DNA from: an uncultured bacterium
GTDB lineage: Bacteria; Oederibacteriota; PGYV01; CAWJRG01
Reading direction: 5' to 3'
Length of the DNA stretch: 64,000 nt
Assembly (NCBI GenBank): GCA_963845185.1
Contig: CAWJRG010000001.1
Location: forward strand, 64,001 to 128,000
This document shows, piece by piece, positions 30,261 to 40,371 of the stretch. The stretch's first letter is position 1; each line of letters opens with the position of its first letter. The notes under the pieces are model-generated. The model ran no database searches. It saw only the letters and a program-made list of their open reading frames with translations, and was not told the DNA's origin. Made by a program: the position numbers and the translations under genes.

Positions 30261-31015
30261 AATTCTTAAAAATATTATTACAGATTAAGTTTACAAATTT
30301 ATTCATAATTTGTCAAAAAGTTGTGTGTTCATTTTGAACAAAATATTTTTATATCCCCCGATAAGATTTGATTTATGAAAGTTCACTTTTTTTAGCTATA
30401 ATCCTTCTTACAGTCATTATAGATGTATCTGCTTTTTTTGCTAGTTCATTGTAAATCACCATTGTTTTGTAATTCGGATGCGCTTTTTTGATTTTTTTGT
30501 AGCAATATATAGATCATCTTTTTATGATTTTTTATAATTTCAAGTATTTCATCAATATCAAGTAATCCATAAAATGACTTTTTAATTTTGCTTTGGATAT
30601 GTTTTTCAGTGATTGAGGAAAAATTTGGATTTGTAATCATACGCAACCTTCCGAAATCTTCCCCTGTGCTTCTTTTAACGGAAAAAATAAAACCATAAAA
30701 TCACTTCCCATTTGCAGTGTCTATGCGTTATTTTTTCGCAAGGCGCGTGATATTACCCCAAAATTTTACTTCATTTGTATTCCCTTAAAGTCTATTAAGG
30801 TATACAATAAAAAATCCGTTTTGTAAAGGAAATTCCTAAATATTTGATTTTTTATTTAACGGGGGTTTGTAACGGACTTTTATTTAATATCTCAAATGTT
30901 ATTAACAATAATGTTTATAGCAGATTAAGAATTAAAAACTGTCCGCGCATGTCTTATGCGAGCCCCTGACTACTCTCTGTAAAAACAAAAAATGCAAGGA
31001 ATAAATCCCCGCTTA

Positions 31016-31130
31016 ACGGGACTAGGTCACCTCGCCGCTACCCGCGGCTCCTCGACCCCGGGTAATCGCTTTCGTTCGCCTCAGTCTCACTTTTCCTCCT
31101 GTTCGTCGGCGCGATTACCCTTCGAGTCCC
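31016..31130 (-). repeat. tRNA-Asp-linked structured repeat
   Basis: ACGGGACT (Asp T-arm copy) .. shared core .. TTCGAGTCCC (inverted T-arm). Confidence 0.7.
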
Positions 31131-31189
31131 TGACTACTCATTATAAATGCAAAAGCCCTCAGGGATAAACCCTAAAGGCTTTGCATTTA

Positions 31190-31268
<79 letters not shown>

Positions 31269-31346
31269 AATATAATTTCTATTACCTTGCTCTACTATTC
31301 AACTTTCTACTATCAACTTTCTCCAAAATTTTGCTCTGCAAAATTT

Positions 31347-31475
31347 TGGAGTGGGAGACGGGGCTTGACTACTCCGCCCTTACTTCAGGGCTGCGCAGTC
31401 CCACCTCGCTCACTTCCACTCGGCTCCGCCTCGTTCTTCCTCGCTTTTCGCTCGGCGTTCGTTCGCTTCAAGCCC
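31347..31475 (-). repeat. tRNA-Gly-linked structured repeat
   Basis: Copy of the Gly 3' end (TGGAGTGGGAGACGGGGCTTGA), core, inverted T-arm TTCAAGCCC. Confidence 0.75.
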
Positions 31476-31497
31476 TAAAATCATATTATAATTTCTC

Positions 31498-31572
31498 TGG
31501 AGCGGGAGACGGGGCTTGAACCCGCGGCATCCAGCTTGGAAGGCTAGCGCTCTACCACTGAGCTACTCCCGC
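31498..31572 (-). tRNA. tRNA-Gly (TCC)
   Basis: GCGGGAG..CTTCCAA..GTTCAAGCCCC..CTCCCGCTCCA. Confidence 0.95.
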
Positions 31573-31619
31573 TTGTTTATTTTACAATATCCATTATTAA
31601 AATCTTTTTAAAGACCAAT

Positions 31620-31893
31620 GCGCGAGACGGGGCTTGGTCACCTCGCGCCTACCCGGCGCTCCTCGACCCCCTCGCCTGCCTTTCGCTCGCTCCTGCTCGC
31701 TTTTCATCCACAGGATGCGGCAGGCTCGCATTAGGCTAAATACAGCCTAATCCCGCGGCATCCAGCTTGGAAGGCTAGTGCTCTGAGATGTTGTGCGAGT
31801 ATTACGAGCACTCGAAAATCAATGCTTATCGTCATCTCATCTTGTCCGCCGCAGCTCAAAGAGCTATGGCGGACTCCACTGAGCTACACCCGC
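31620..31893 (-). pseudogene. tRNA-Gly(TCC) copy interrupted in the T-loop (about 31637-31751) and D-loop (31785-31875)
   Basis: Three segments match tRNA-Gly 31498..31572; acceptor stem mismatched and CCA absent. Confidence 0.8.
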
Positions 31894-31944
31894 CCGCAAT
31901 AAATTATTTCCCAATTCTTTTTAATTGTCAATGAAAATGAGTCC

Positions 31945-32019
31945 TGGAGCTGGCGAGTGGACTCGAACCACCGACCGTCCGCTTACAAGGCGGATGCTCC
32001 ACCACTGAGCTACGCCAGC
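31945..32019 (-). tRNA. tRNA-Thr (TGT)
   Basis: Anticodon arm TCCGC-CTTGTAA-GCGGA; CCA end. Confidence 0.95.
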
Positions 32020-32082
32020 ATCCTTTATCTACTTTCAAATTTCTATTATCCACTCTCTGATTTTTGCCTTAGGCAAAAATTC

Positions 32083-32161
32083 TGGTGGGCGCTACTGGGA
32101 TCGAACCAGTGACCTCCTGCTTGTAAGGCAGGCGCTCTAACCAAAACTGAGCTAAGCGCCC
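32083..32161 (-). tRNA. tRNA-Val (TAC)
   Basis: Anticodon arm CCTGC-CTTACAA-GCAGG; CCA end. Confidence 0.95.
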
Positions 32162-32166
32162 TGATG

Positions 32167-32545
32167 CTTCATTATATATTTTTTGCCTTCGGCAAAAATA
32201 TGGTGGGGAGAGAAGGATTTGGCTACTCCGCTGCTACCCGCAGCTGCGCAGCCCCTCCTCGTCCGCCTTCCGCTCGCTCCTGCTCGCTTTTCATCCACAG
32301 GATGCGGCGGACTCGTTTCGAATCCTTTACTTCATTATATAATTTTTGCCTGTGGCAAAAATATGGTGGGGAGAGAAGGATTTGGCTACTCCGCTGCTAC
32401 CCGCAGCTGCGCAGCCCCTCCTCGTCCGCCTTCCGCTCGCTCCTGCTCGCTTTTCATCTACAGGATGCGGCGGACTCGTTTCGAATCCTTTACTTCATTA
32501 TATAATTTTTGCCTGTGGCAAAAATATGGTGGGGAGAGAAGGATT
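32167..32545 (-). repeat. 163-bp tandem repeat containing the tRNA-Tyr 3' end
   Basis: TGGTGGGGAGAGAAGGATT at 32201, 32364 and 32527; units almost identical. Confidence 0.92.
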
Positions 32546-32613
32546 CGAACCTTCGAAGGCGCAAGGCCGACAGATTTACAGTCTGTTCCATTTGACCGCT
32601 CTGGTATCTCCCC
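32527..32613 (-). tRNA. tRNA-Tyr (GTA)
   Basis: ACAGA-CTGTAAA-TCTGT anticodon arm, long variable arm, CCA. Confidence 0.95.
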
Positions 32614-32618
32614 GGTAG

Positions 32619-33338
32619 TTAATTTTTTCTTTTACTCGCTTCATAAAAAGCTATGGCTGCGGCGTTTGACACATTCAGAGAGCCTATTTTCCCTTTTTGC
32701 CTTATTTTCACCAAAAAATCGCACTTGTTTTTCACTATATCCCTCATTCCCCTGCCCTCGCTGCCAAAAACAAGCGCCGACTTTTTGTCAAAACTGCTTT
32801 CATCAAGGAATTTCTCTGCTGCGGCGTCAAAGCCGTATATCCAGAAACCCATATCCTTTAATTTTAAAAGAACATTTACTATATTGGTTGCCTGAATTAC
32901 ATCGACGTATTCCATGGCGCCGCTTGACGCTTTATATACTGTTTCATTCAGCGGAGCTGCCCTTTTTGAGCCTTGAATTATACCACAAACGCCAAATATT
33001 TCGCAACTTCTTATTATTGCTCCCAGGTTGTGCGGGTCTTCCACCCCGTCAAGCACGCATATTAACGCTTCCTGCAAATCTTTAATCTTGCTTAAAAAAT
33101 CCTCAATTCCAAGCGGCCGTATACCTTCCACTTTTGCAGCTATGCCCTGGTTTTTTTCGGTCCCTGTTATGTTTTCAAGTCCGTGCCTGCTCTCAAAAAT
33201 CGTGCTTATGCCGCGCTGCTGTATTTCCATTAATATATCGTCAGCGCCCTTTAAATCCTTTATCATGTAAACCGTATGGATTTTTCTCTTATTGTTTTTT
33301 AATACTTCGCGTATTACATTGCGGCCGTAGATTATCAC
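32619..33338 (-). CDS. rlmB: 23S rRNA Gm2251 2'-O-methyltransferase
   Basis: LDGVEDPHNLGAIIRS, FGSEGRGM, SLNVSNAAAI (SpoU family); follows cysS. Confidence 0.92.
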   Translation of the reverse strand: MIIYGRNVIREVLKNNKRKIHTVYMIKDLKGADDILMEIQQRGISTIFESRHGLENITGTEKNQGIAAKVEGIRPLGIEDFLSKIKDLQEALICVLDGVEDPHNLGAIIRSCEIFGVCGIIQGSKRAAPLNETVYKASSGAMEYVDVIQATNIVNVLLKLKDMGFWIYGFDAAAEKFLDESSFDKKSALVFGSEGRGMRDIVKNKCDFLVKIRQKGKIGSLNVSNAAAIAFYEASKRKN

Positions 33339-33364
33339 GGATAACCCCTTTATAGAGCTTTATT

Positions 33365-34741
33365 TCATGCTTGCTTTATTACAAAAGTGCCGTTGCGCGT
33401 GTCCTCAACCGAATATCCTTTTGTTTTCAATTCATCCTTGACTTTGTCAGCCTCGTTGAATTTTTTTTCTTTCCTGAATCCGTTCCTTTTTTCTACAAGC
33501 GCGGCTATTTCCCCTGTCGGCTGCTTTATTTCCGGTTTTATCTTCAGGACACCGGTCATTTCATCCATGGCTTTTGCATGCGTTTCAAAGTCCAGCATTG
33601 ACCTTACGCCGGCAAAAGGCTTGTTTATATCTGTCTTGACAATGTTAGCCAGCTTGAAAATTACGGACAGTGCCACAGGAGTATTAAAATCATTGTCAAG
33701 CGCGTCTACCAACTCATTAACGCATCCGCTTTTTGTTTCTGTCTCCTGGCCGGTCTTTTTAATTTGCACCAATATCTGCATTGCCGCGCTTATTTCATTA
33801 TACCCGTTTCTGATCGCGTCGATATTTTCTTTGGTGAAATCAATCGGGCTCCTGTAATGCGCCGACAAAATAAACATCCTTATAACTTCTGCCGGGTATT
33901 CTTCCAGCAAGTCGCGGCAAAGCACAATGTTTCCGATGGATTTCGACATTTTCTCGCCGTTTATGTTCATGAATCCGTTATGCATCCAGTAATTTACGAA
34001 TTTTTTGCCGCTCGCGGCTTCGGACTGGGCTATCTCGTTTTCATGGTGTGGGAATATCAGGTCATTGCCTCCGCCGTGTATGTCAAATGTATCACCAAGG
34101 TTCTTTGAAGACATTACCGAACACTCGATATGCCAACCGGGCCTGCCTTTGCCCCACGGGCTTTCCCACTCTGGCTCTCCCGGCTTTGAAAATTTCCACA
34201 GCGCAAAATCAAGCGGGTTGTTCTTTTTCTCGTCAACTTCCACCCTGGCGCCTTCCTTGAGCTCGTCGATGTTTTTATGCGACAGTTTGCCGTAATCTTT
34301 AAATTTTTCTACGCTGAAATAAACGCCGTTTTTCGAAACATATGCATAGCCTTTGTCCATAAGTTCTTTTATTAAGCCAATCATACCTTTTATCTCTTCC
34401 GTAGCTTTCGGACTCACATCAGGCCTTTTTATTTTCAGCTTATCAATGTCTTCAAAGTAGGCATCCGTATATTTTTTCGCGACCGAATCCCACGCAATGC
34501 CTTCCTCGGCAGCTTTTTTTATTATCTTATCTTCTATGTCCGTAATATTCTGCACAAATTTAACCTTGTAGCCTTTGTATTTCAAGTAATTCCTGAAAGT
34601 GTCAAAAACAATAAAAGGCCTGGCATTGCCTATGTGAAAATAATTGTATGCCGTAGGCCCGCACACATACATATTTACTTCATTTTCTTTTATGGGTTTG
34701 AACTCTTCAACTTGCCTTGTAAGGGTGTTATATATCCTCAC
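33365..34741 (-). CDS. cysS: Cysteine--tRNA ligase
   Basis: MYVCGPT, HIGNAR, GRPGWHIECS, KMSKS. Confidence 0.98.
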   Translation of the reverse strand: MRIYNTLTRQVEEFKPIKENEVNMYVCGPTAYNYFHIGNARPFIVFDTFRNYLKYKGYKVKFVQNITDIEDKIIKKAAEEGIAWDSVAKKYTDAYFEDIDKLKIKRPDVSPKATEEIKGMIGLIKELMDKGYAYVSKNGVYFSVEKFKDYGKLSHKNIDELKEGARVEVDEKKNNPLDFALWKFSKPGEPEWESPWGKGRPGWHIECSVMSSKNLGDTFDIHGGGNDLIFPHHENEIAQSEAASGKKFVNYWMHNGFMNINGEKMSKSIGNIVLCRDLLEEYPAEVIRMFILSAHYRSPIDFTKENIDAIRNGYNEISAAMQILVQIKKTGQETETKSGCVNELVDALDNDFNTPVALSVIFKLANIVKTDINKPFAGVRSMLDFETHAKAMDEMTGVLKIKPEIKQPTGEIAALVEKRNGFRKEKKFNEADKVKDELKTKGYSVEDTRNGTFVIKQA

Positions 34742-34790
34742 ATTTTCCGCCTTTATAAATTATGATTGTGCAATGGTATATATGTTCTCG

Positions 34791-35267
34791 TTATTTTTCC
34801 ATCAGCGTCGCCACAGCATGCGCTGCCACGCCCTCTTTCGCGCCTGTAAAGCCCAGCCCTTCTTCGGTTGTGGCTTTAATAGCCACCTGTTTCACAGTGA
34901 TTCCCAGGGTTTCGGCAAGCGTCTGCCTTATTTTATCTATATAAGGCGCGATCCTCGGGTATTCTGCCACGACTATGGCGTCTATATTGTTTATCTCATA
35001 TCCTTCTTTTTTTATAATATCGTTTGTTTGCTTCAGCAGTATGGTGCTTTTTATTCCCTTAAACCTCTCGTCGTTGTTCGGGAAATAATTGCCAATGTCT
35101 TTCAGCCCTGCCGCACCAAGCATTGCATCCATTATGGCATGAATGAGTACATCCGCGTCCGAATGTCCTTCAAGCCCGAATTCTGCTTTTTCAAACTCAA
35201 TCCCTCCCAGAAAAAGTTTCCTGCCCCTTGCCAGCTTATGGACGTCGTAACCTATGCCGACTCTCAT
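34791..35267 (-). CDS. ispF: 2-C-methyl-D-erythritol 2,4-cyclodiphosphate synthase
   Basis: GIGYDVH, GHSDADV, KATTEEGLGFTG. Confidence 0.97.
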   Translation of the reverse strand: MRVGIGYDVHKLARGRKLFLGGIEFEKAEFGLEGHSDADVLIHAIMDAMLGAAGLKDIGNYFPNNDERFKGIKSTILLKQTNDIIKKEGYEINNIDAIVVAEYPRIAPYIDKIRQTLAETLGITVKQVAIKATTEEGLGFTGAKEGVAAHAVATLMEK

Positions 35268-35319
35268 TTTGTTTAATCCTCCGGATATTTAATTGTGGTA
35301 AACTTTATTTAAAATGGTT

Positions 35320-36003
35320 TTACTTTTCCAGCATGTATTTCAGTATCTTCAGGTCCTGCTCGGTTGTTATTTTCAGGTTAAAACTGTCGTCCTCAAGCGC
35401 CTTTACGCGGTAACCAGCCCTTTCAAAAAGCACGCCCTCGTCAGTTGGCTTTGTCTTGTCAAGCCTTATCCTGTTGTACAGCTTTAAAAGTATTTTATAC
35501 CTGAAACCCTGCGGTGTCTGCGAAGTCCTCAAAAACTCCCTGTCAACGGTCTTTTCTACATAATTCGTACCTATCATTTTAACAGTGGCGAATATTCTTT
35601 TTACCGGTATGACTGCAGTTTCTTTGTTGAGCTCTTTTAAAATTTTCGATACAAGCGACTGGTCAATCAATGGCCTTGCACCGTCGTGTATCAGCACGTT
35701 CACCGGGTTGATTTTTCTCAGGTATTTAACTGCGTTATAAACCGAGGTGAACCTTTCTTTCCCGCCCACGATAACTGCCAGTACCTTGTCAAGCCCGTAT
35801 TTTTTGACTATTTTATCCTCAACAAAGTTCCTGTATTTATCCTCAACGACCACAAGTACGGCGTCTATACCTGCGATTTCCTCAAAACCTTCTATGGCGT
35901 GGGCAAGCATTTCCTTTCCCGCTACTTTTATATATTGCTTAGGGATTTTTGTGCCGAGCCTTTTTCCCTTTCCTGCCGCGACTATTATCGCCACGTTTTT
36001 CAT
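35320..36003 (-). CDS. ispD: 2-C-methyl-D-erythritol 4-phosphate cytidylyltransferase
   Basis: AAGKGKR..PKQY, IHDGARP, QTPQGF, NLKITT. Confidence 0.96.
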   Translation of the reverse strand: MKNVAIIVAAGKGKRLGTKIPKQYIKVAGKEMLAHAIEGFEEIAGIDAVLVVVEDKYRNFVEDKIVKKYGLDKVLAVIVGGKERFTSVYNAVKYLRKINPVNVLIHDGARPLIDQSLVSKILKELNKETAVIPVKRIFATVKMIGTNYVEKTVDREFLRTSQTPQGFRYKILLKLYNRIRLDKTKPTDEGVLFERAGYRVKALEDDSFNLKITTEQDLKILKYMLEK

Positions 36004-36048
36004 GTTTGCTTTGCTTTCTCCTTTTCAATATTTTCCTTGGCATGCCAT

Positions 36049-36085
36049 AAAAGGAGAGGGCTGCTGCTAGTTTGCCGCCCTCTCC
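36049..36085 (-). terminator. Terminator-like hairpin upstream of ispD
   Basis: GGAGAGGGCGGC..GCAGCCCTCTCC-TTTTAT on the minus strand. Confidence 0.55.
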
Positions 36086-36147
36086 GTAATCTGGCGTTTA
36101 TCCTGCGTATTTCCGGTATGGGTTCACACCGAAACTTTTCAAATTCA

Positions 36148-36960
36148 TCAATGGTTGTGCCTGTGATTTTGGTTGTGGTTTTGCCCCTGGTTTTGGTTTT
36201 GGCCCTGGCCTTCAAATTTAGCAAAAATCATCCTGCCCGCCTCGGTCTGCAGGACATTTGTCACAACAACCTCTATCCTTTTATTAAGCATTTTCCTGCC
36301 GTTATCGACAACTATCATGGTACCGTCGCTCAAATAGGCCACGCCCTGCTCCCTTTCTTTGCCCTCCTTCATTACCTTTACATAAATTTTCTCTCCGGGC
36401 AAAAATATAGGCTTTATCGCGTTTGAAAGGTCGTTGATGTTTAAAACTTCCACGCCCTGGATTTCCGCGATTTTATTAAGGTTGTAGTCGTTTGTTATAA
36501 CCTTCCACTTAAACTCCTTTGCCATGAGCACGAGCTTCTCGTCAACCTGCCTTGTGGACGTATAATCCTTGTCAGTTATCACTATGTTGACATACTTGCA
36601 TTTCTTTAAATTATTCAGCACGTCCAGCCCTCTCCTGCCCTTTGTCCTTTTCATTGGCTCGGGCGAGTCAGCTATGTGCTGAAGCTCCAGCAGGACGAAT
36701 TTCGGCACCATCATGTTTCCTTCCAGAAAGCCGCTCTCGCAAAGGTCTGATATCCTGCCGTCAATAATTACCGACGTATCCAGGATCTTTGCGACAATTT
36801 CTGTACCATGTTTTTTCTTTCTATCAATAATAATTTCAATTATTATTAATATTAAAAATGCGGCTGCTGTGGATATGCCTACCCAAAGCGATTTTGGCAA
36901 AATGCCGAATCCCGCCACGCTTCCTATAATAAAATATAAAGCGTATAAAATGTATTTCAT
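36148..36960 (-). CDS. PIN/TRAM domain protein (YacL-like)
   Basis: [42 protein letters not shown]; between radA and ispD. Confidence 0.93.
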   Translation of the reverse strand: MKYILYALYFIIGSVAGFGILPKSLWVGISTAAAFLILIIIEIIIDRKKKHGTEIVAKILDTSVIIDGRISDLCESGFLEGNMMVPKFVLLELQHIADSPEPMKRTKGRRGLDVLNNLKKCKYVNIVITDKDYTSTRQVDEKLVLMAKEFKWKVITNDYNLNKIAEIQGVEVLNINDLSNAIKPIFLPGEKIYVKVMKEGKEREQGVAYLSDGTMIVVDNGRKMLNKRIEVVVTNVLQTEAGRMIFAKFEGQGQNQNQGQNHNQNHRHNH

Positions 36961-36995
36961 TGTTTTTCACCTCCTTCCTTTATGGATTTAAACAC

Positions 36996-38357
36996 CTATA
37001 ATTCCTCCGTATCTTTTATTGAGCTGAATAAGTCTCCGATATTTTTCACTTTAATTATTTCTATCGCGCCCGGGACTGTTTTTGACCTGTCCGGGATTAT
37101 TGCCTGCTTAAAACCGAGCCTTTCCGCCTCCTGCACCCTCTGCTCTATAAATCTCACCGGCCTTATCTCGCCGTCAAGCCCAAGCTCGCCTATATACACG
37201 CTTTTTGTCGAAAGCGGCTTGTTTTTAAAACTGGAGTAAATTGCGGCCGCTACTCCCACGTCCGCCGCTGTTTCAGATACCCTTATGCCGCCTGCCACGT
37301 TGATAAAAACATCCTGGTTTTCAAGGTGCATGTTCAGCTTTTTTTCGATTATGGCGAGTATCAAAAGGAGCCTGTTGTAATCAATCCCGGTGACTGTCCT
37401 CTGCGGGTTGCCGAAGTTCCTCCGCGACGTAAGCGCCTGGATTTCAAGGAGTATCGGCCTTGATCCTTCCATTACGGTCACTATGCTGCTGCCTACTTTG
37501 TCGTCCTTTATGTTATCAAGCAGTATTTTTGACGGGCTTTTTATTTCGGTTATCCCTGCGGCGTCCATCTCAAAAACTCCGATTTCGTTTGTGGAGCCGA
37601 AGCGGTTTTTTTCGGCGCGTAATATCCTGAAATGGTAGTATTTCTCGGCTTCAAAATACATGACTGCGTCTACCATATGCTCGAGTGTTTTTGGCCCGGC
37701 AATCATGCCTTCTTTTGTGACATGGCCGATTATTATTATTGGTATGCCTGACTTTTTTGCAGTGTATAAAAGGTGGGCTCCGCTTTCCTTCACCTGCAGA
37801 AAACTGCCGGCTATGGAATCAACTTCTTCCTTGTATACGGTTTGTATGGAATCTATTACTGCCACAGCGGGTTTTTCTTTCTCTATTATTTTTGTTATTT
37901 TTTCCACGGATGTCTCTATTACGAGGAATAAATTATTTGAATTTATTTTTATCCTGGATGCCCGCATCTTTATCTGTTCATTTGATTCTTCGCCTGACGC
38001 ATAAATGACTTTTTTGCCCTGTTCCGCTATTTTCTGCGCTATTATGAGGGCCAGGGTTGACTTTCCTATGCCAGGCTCGCCTCCTATCAGAGTAACTGAG
38101 CCTTTCACTATCCCACCGCCGAATACACGGTCTATTTCCTCCAGGCCGGTCTTCAGCCTTTCATCCTTTCCAGTCTCTATATCTGCCAATGAACTCATTT
38201 TTGTATCGTCAAATTTCCTGTAGGAATCGTCTTTTTTTCTCTCGACCTGCTCTTCTTCCACGAAAGTATTCCACTGGCTGCATGACGGGCACTGGCCGAG
38301 CCATTTTGACGAGCTGTAACCGCAGTTACTGCAAAAAAATACTGTCTTTTTCTTCAT
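36996..38357 (-). CDS. radA: DNA repair protein RadA/Sms
   Basis: C4 zinc finger, GEPGIGKST, KNRFG; start taken at MKKKTVFF. Confidence 0.97.
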   Translation of the reverse strand: MKKKTVFFCSNCGYSSSKWLGQCPSCSQWNTFVEEEQVERKKDDSYRKFDDTKMSSLADIETGKDERLKTGLEEIDRVFGGGIVKGSVTLIGGEPGIGKSTLALIIAQKIAEQGKKVIYASGEESNEQIKMRASRIKINSNNLFLVIETSVEKITKIIEKEKPAVAVIDSIQTVYKEEVDSIAGSFLQVKESGAHLLYTAKKSGIPIIIIGHVTKEGMIAGPKTLEHMVDAVMYFEAEKYYHFRILRAEKNRFGSTNEIGVFEMDAAGITEIKSPSKILLDNIKDDKVGSSIVTVMEGSRPILLEIQALTSRRNFGNPQRTVTGIDYNRLLLILAIIEKKLNMHLENQDVFINVAGGIRVSETAADVGVAAAIYSSFKNKPLSTKSVYIGELGLDGEIRPVRFIEQRVQEAERLGFKQAIIPDRSKTVPGAIEIIKVKNIGDLFSSIKDTEEL

Positions 38358-38416
38358 TAATTTTATAAGTCCTTTCGCTGCGGTGATTCCTTCAACGAAC
38401 ACCGCTTTACGTCTAA

Positions 38417-40336
38417 TTATATATTAATATCTTTATCCTTTATTTTTTTAAGGAGCATATCAAGGAAGGCAGCGGGATTTACTCCCTTTTCCTCTTCCCC
38501 TGACCTTTTTCTCACGGACAGAGTCCCTGCCTCGACTTCCTTTTCGCCTATTATAAACATATATGGTATTTTCTGTAAAGTGGCATTTCTTATTTTTGCC
38601 CCGATTTTTTCATTGTCATTGTTAAATTCAACCCTTATGCCTGCCTCTTTATATTTGTCATAGATTCCCTTCGCGTATTGTTCCACTTTTTCATTTATGG
38701 TGAGTATGCTCACCTGTTTTGGCGAGAGCCACACAGGGAAAGCGCCTTTGTAATGTTCGATTAAAACCCCGAAAAACCGCTCAAAAGAGCCGAGCAATGC
38801 CCTGTGTATCATAACTGTCCTGTGTTCTTTGCCATCGCTGCCAGTATACATCAGGTCAAACCTCTCGGGCAAATTAAAGTCCACCTGTATGGTTGAGCAC
38901 TGCCATGTCCTGTTCAATGCGTCTTTTATCTTTATGTCGATTTTGGGGCCATAAAAAACTCCTTCGCCTGGGTCTATCTGAAAGCTAAGTTTAGTCTTTT
39001 CAAGCGCGGATTTAAGCGCATTTTCGGCCTTTTCCCACATTTTTAACTCCCCAACCGAGTTTTCCGGCCTTGTGCTCAAATATACCTCATACCTGTCAAA
39101 ACCAAAAACCTTGAGCACATAAGTGACGAAATCTATCAGGCCCACTAGCTCGTCTTCAAGCTGGTCCTCCCTTAAAAATATATGCGCGTCATCCTGCGTA
39201 AACCCCCTGACTCTCATGAGCCCGTGGAGCACCCCTGATTTTTCATATCTGTATACTGTGCCGAGCTCGCACCAGCGCAAAGGCAGGTCCCTATAGCTTT
39301 TCATGCTGTTTTTGTAAATCTGAATATGAAATGGGCAGTTCATCGGCTTTAACTGGTATTCAACATCGTCCATTTGCATTGTCGGGTACATGTTTTCTTT
39401 GTAAAACCCCGTATGTCCCGAAGTGTGCCATAAATCAATTTTTGCCACATGGGGCGTATAAAGTATATCGTAATCCCTTTTTAAATGTTCGTTTCTCCAA
39501 AAATCCTCAATTTCTTTTCTTATTATGCCACCTTTTGGATGCCAGTATATGAGCCCGGGCCCGAATTCCTCGTGCGTGGAGAATAAATCTAGTTCTTTGC
39601 CCAGCTTCCTGTGGTCTCGCTGTTTTGCTTCCTCAATCCTGAAAAGGTATTCTTCCAGCATTTTCTTGTCCGGGAATGATATTCCGTAAATCCTTTGTAG
39701 CATTTTGTTCTTTTCACTACCGCGCCAGTATGCCCCTGCGACTTTTAAAAGCTTGAAGCTTTTTATTTTTCCGCTGGACTTTACGTGCGGCCCGCGGCAG
39801 AGGTCCGTAAATTTATCCACCGTGTAAAGGCTTACAATATCATCCTTTATTTCGTTTATGATTTCCACTTTGTAATTTTCCTTCATGTCAGAGAACATTC
39901 CTACAGCCTCTTTTTTCGAAATTTCCCGCCTGGAAAAATCATGGTTTTCCTTTACAATTTTTTGCATTTCTTCCTCTATTTTTGCTAGTTCGTCTTCTGT
40001 AAAAGGCCTGTCCCTGTCAAAATCGTAGTAAAACCCCTCCTCTATCGCAGGGCCTATGGTTACTTTCACGTCCGAGTAAAGCCTTTTCACCGCTGCCGCC
40101 ATTATATGAGAAGTGCTGTGCCAAAAAATTTCTTTTCCTTCAGGCATGTCGAACGAAACAGGCTCCAGTTTCCCAGCCTCTTTTATTCTGGAATACAGGT
40201 CTACCAGTTTGCCGTTTGACCTTACCGCTATGATATTGGAAAAATCCTCATTTATTCCCTTTAAAAAATCAAATATTGACTGTCCGACCTCTGTTTCATA
40301 ACTTTTATCCTTGTATTCAATCTTCAACTTGCTCAT
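38417..40336 (-). CDS. thrS: Threonine--tRNA ligase
   Basis: HSTSHIMA, DLCRGPHV, RDHRKLG, KPMNCPFH, FYGPKID. Confidence 0.98.
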   Translation of the reverse strand: MSKLKIEYKDKSYETEVGQSIFDFLKGINEDFSNIIAVRSNGKLVDLYSRIKEAGKLEPVSFDMPEGKEIFWHSTSHIMAAAVKRLYSDVKVTIGPAIEEGFYYDFDRDRPFTEDELAKIEEEMQKIVKENHDFSRREISKKEAVGMFSDMKENYKVEIINEIKDDIVSLYTVDKFTDLCRGPHVKSSGKIKSFKLLKVAGAYWRGSEKNKMLQRIYGISFPDKKMLEEYLFRIEEAKQRDHRKLGKELDLFSTHEEFGPGLIYWHPKGGIIRKEIEDFWRNEHLKRDYDILYTPHVAKIDLWHTSGHTGFYKENMYPTMQMDDVEYQLKPMNCPFHIQIYKNSMKSYRDLPLRWCELGTVYRYEKSGVLHGLMRVRGFTQDDAHIFLREDQLEDELVGLIDFVTYVLKVFGFDRYEVYLSTRPENSVGELKMWEKAENALKSALEKTKLSFQIDPGEGVFYGPKIDIKIKDALNRTWQCSTIQVDFNLPERFDLMYTGSDGKEHRTVMIHRALLGSFERFFGVLIEHYKGAFPVWLSPKQVSILTINEKVEQYAKGIYDKYKEAGIRVEFNNDNEKIGAKIRNATLQKIPYMFIIGEKEVEAGTLSVRKRSGEEEKGVNPAAFLDMLLKKIKDKDINI

Positions 40337-40371
40337 GACAATATGCCTCCTGTATCAATCCCTAAAAATAA

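Noticed and set aside
30326..30340. Palindrome TGTTCA-TTT-TGAACA upstream of the CBM3 giant
   Set aside because: Single short instance in AT-rich DNA; possible operator but unsupported
30446..30780. Short ORF and possible decayed nucleotidyltransferase or HTH gene
   Set aside because: Only a vague N-terminal resemblance with multiple stops; cannot support a call
32167..32545. Possible CRISPR array
   Set aside because: Whole 163-bp units are duplicated with no unique spacers; no cas genes in the window
32164..33085. Plus-strand ORFs over the tRNA-Tyr repeats and rlmB
   Set aside because: Antisense to tRNA, repeats and rlmB; repeat-derived
36000..36224. 74-aa ORF overlapping the PIN/TRAM 3' end
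   Set aside because: Off-frame read of the Q/N/H low-complexity tail and hairpin region; no support as a gene
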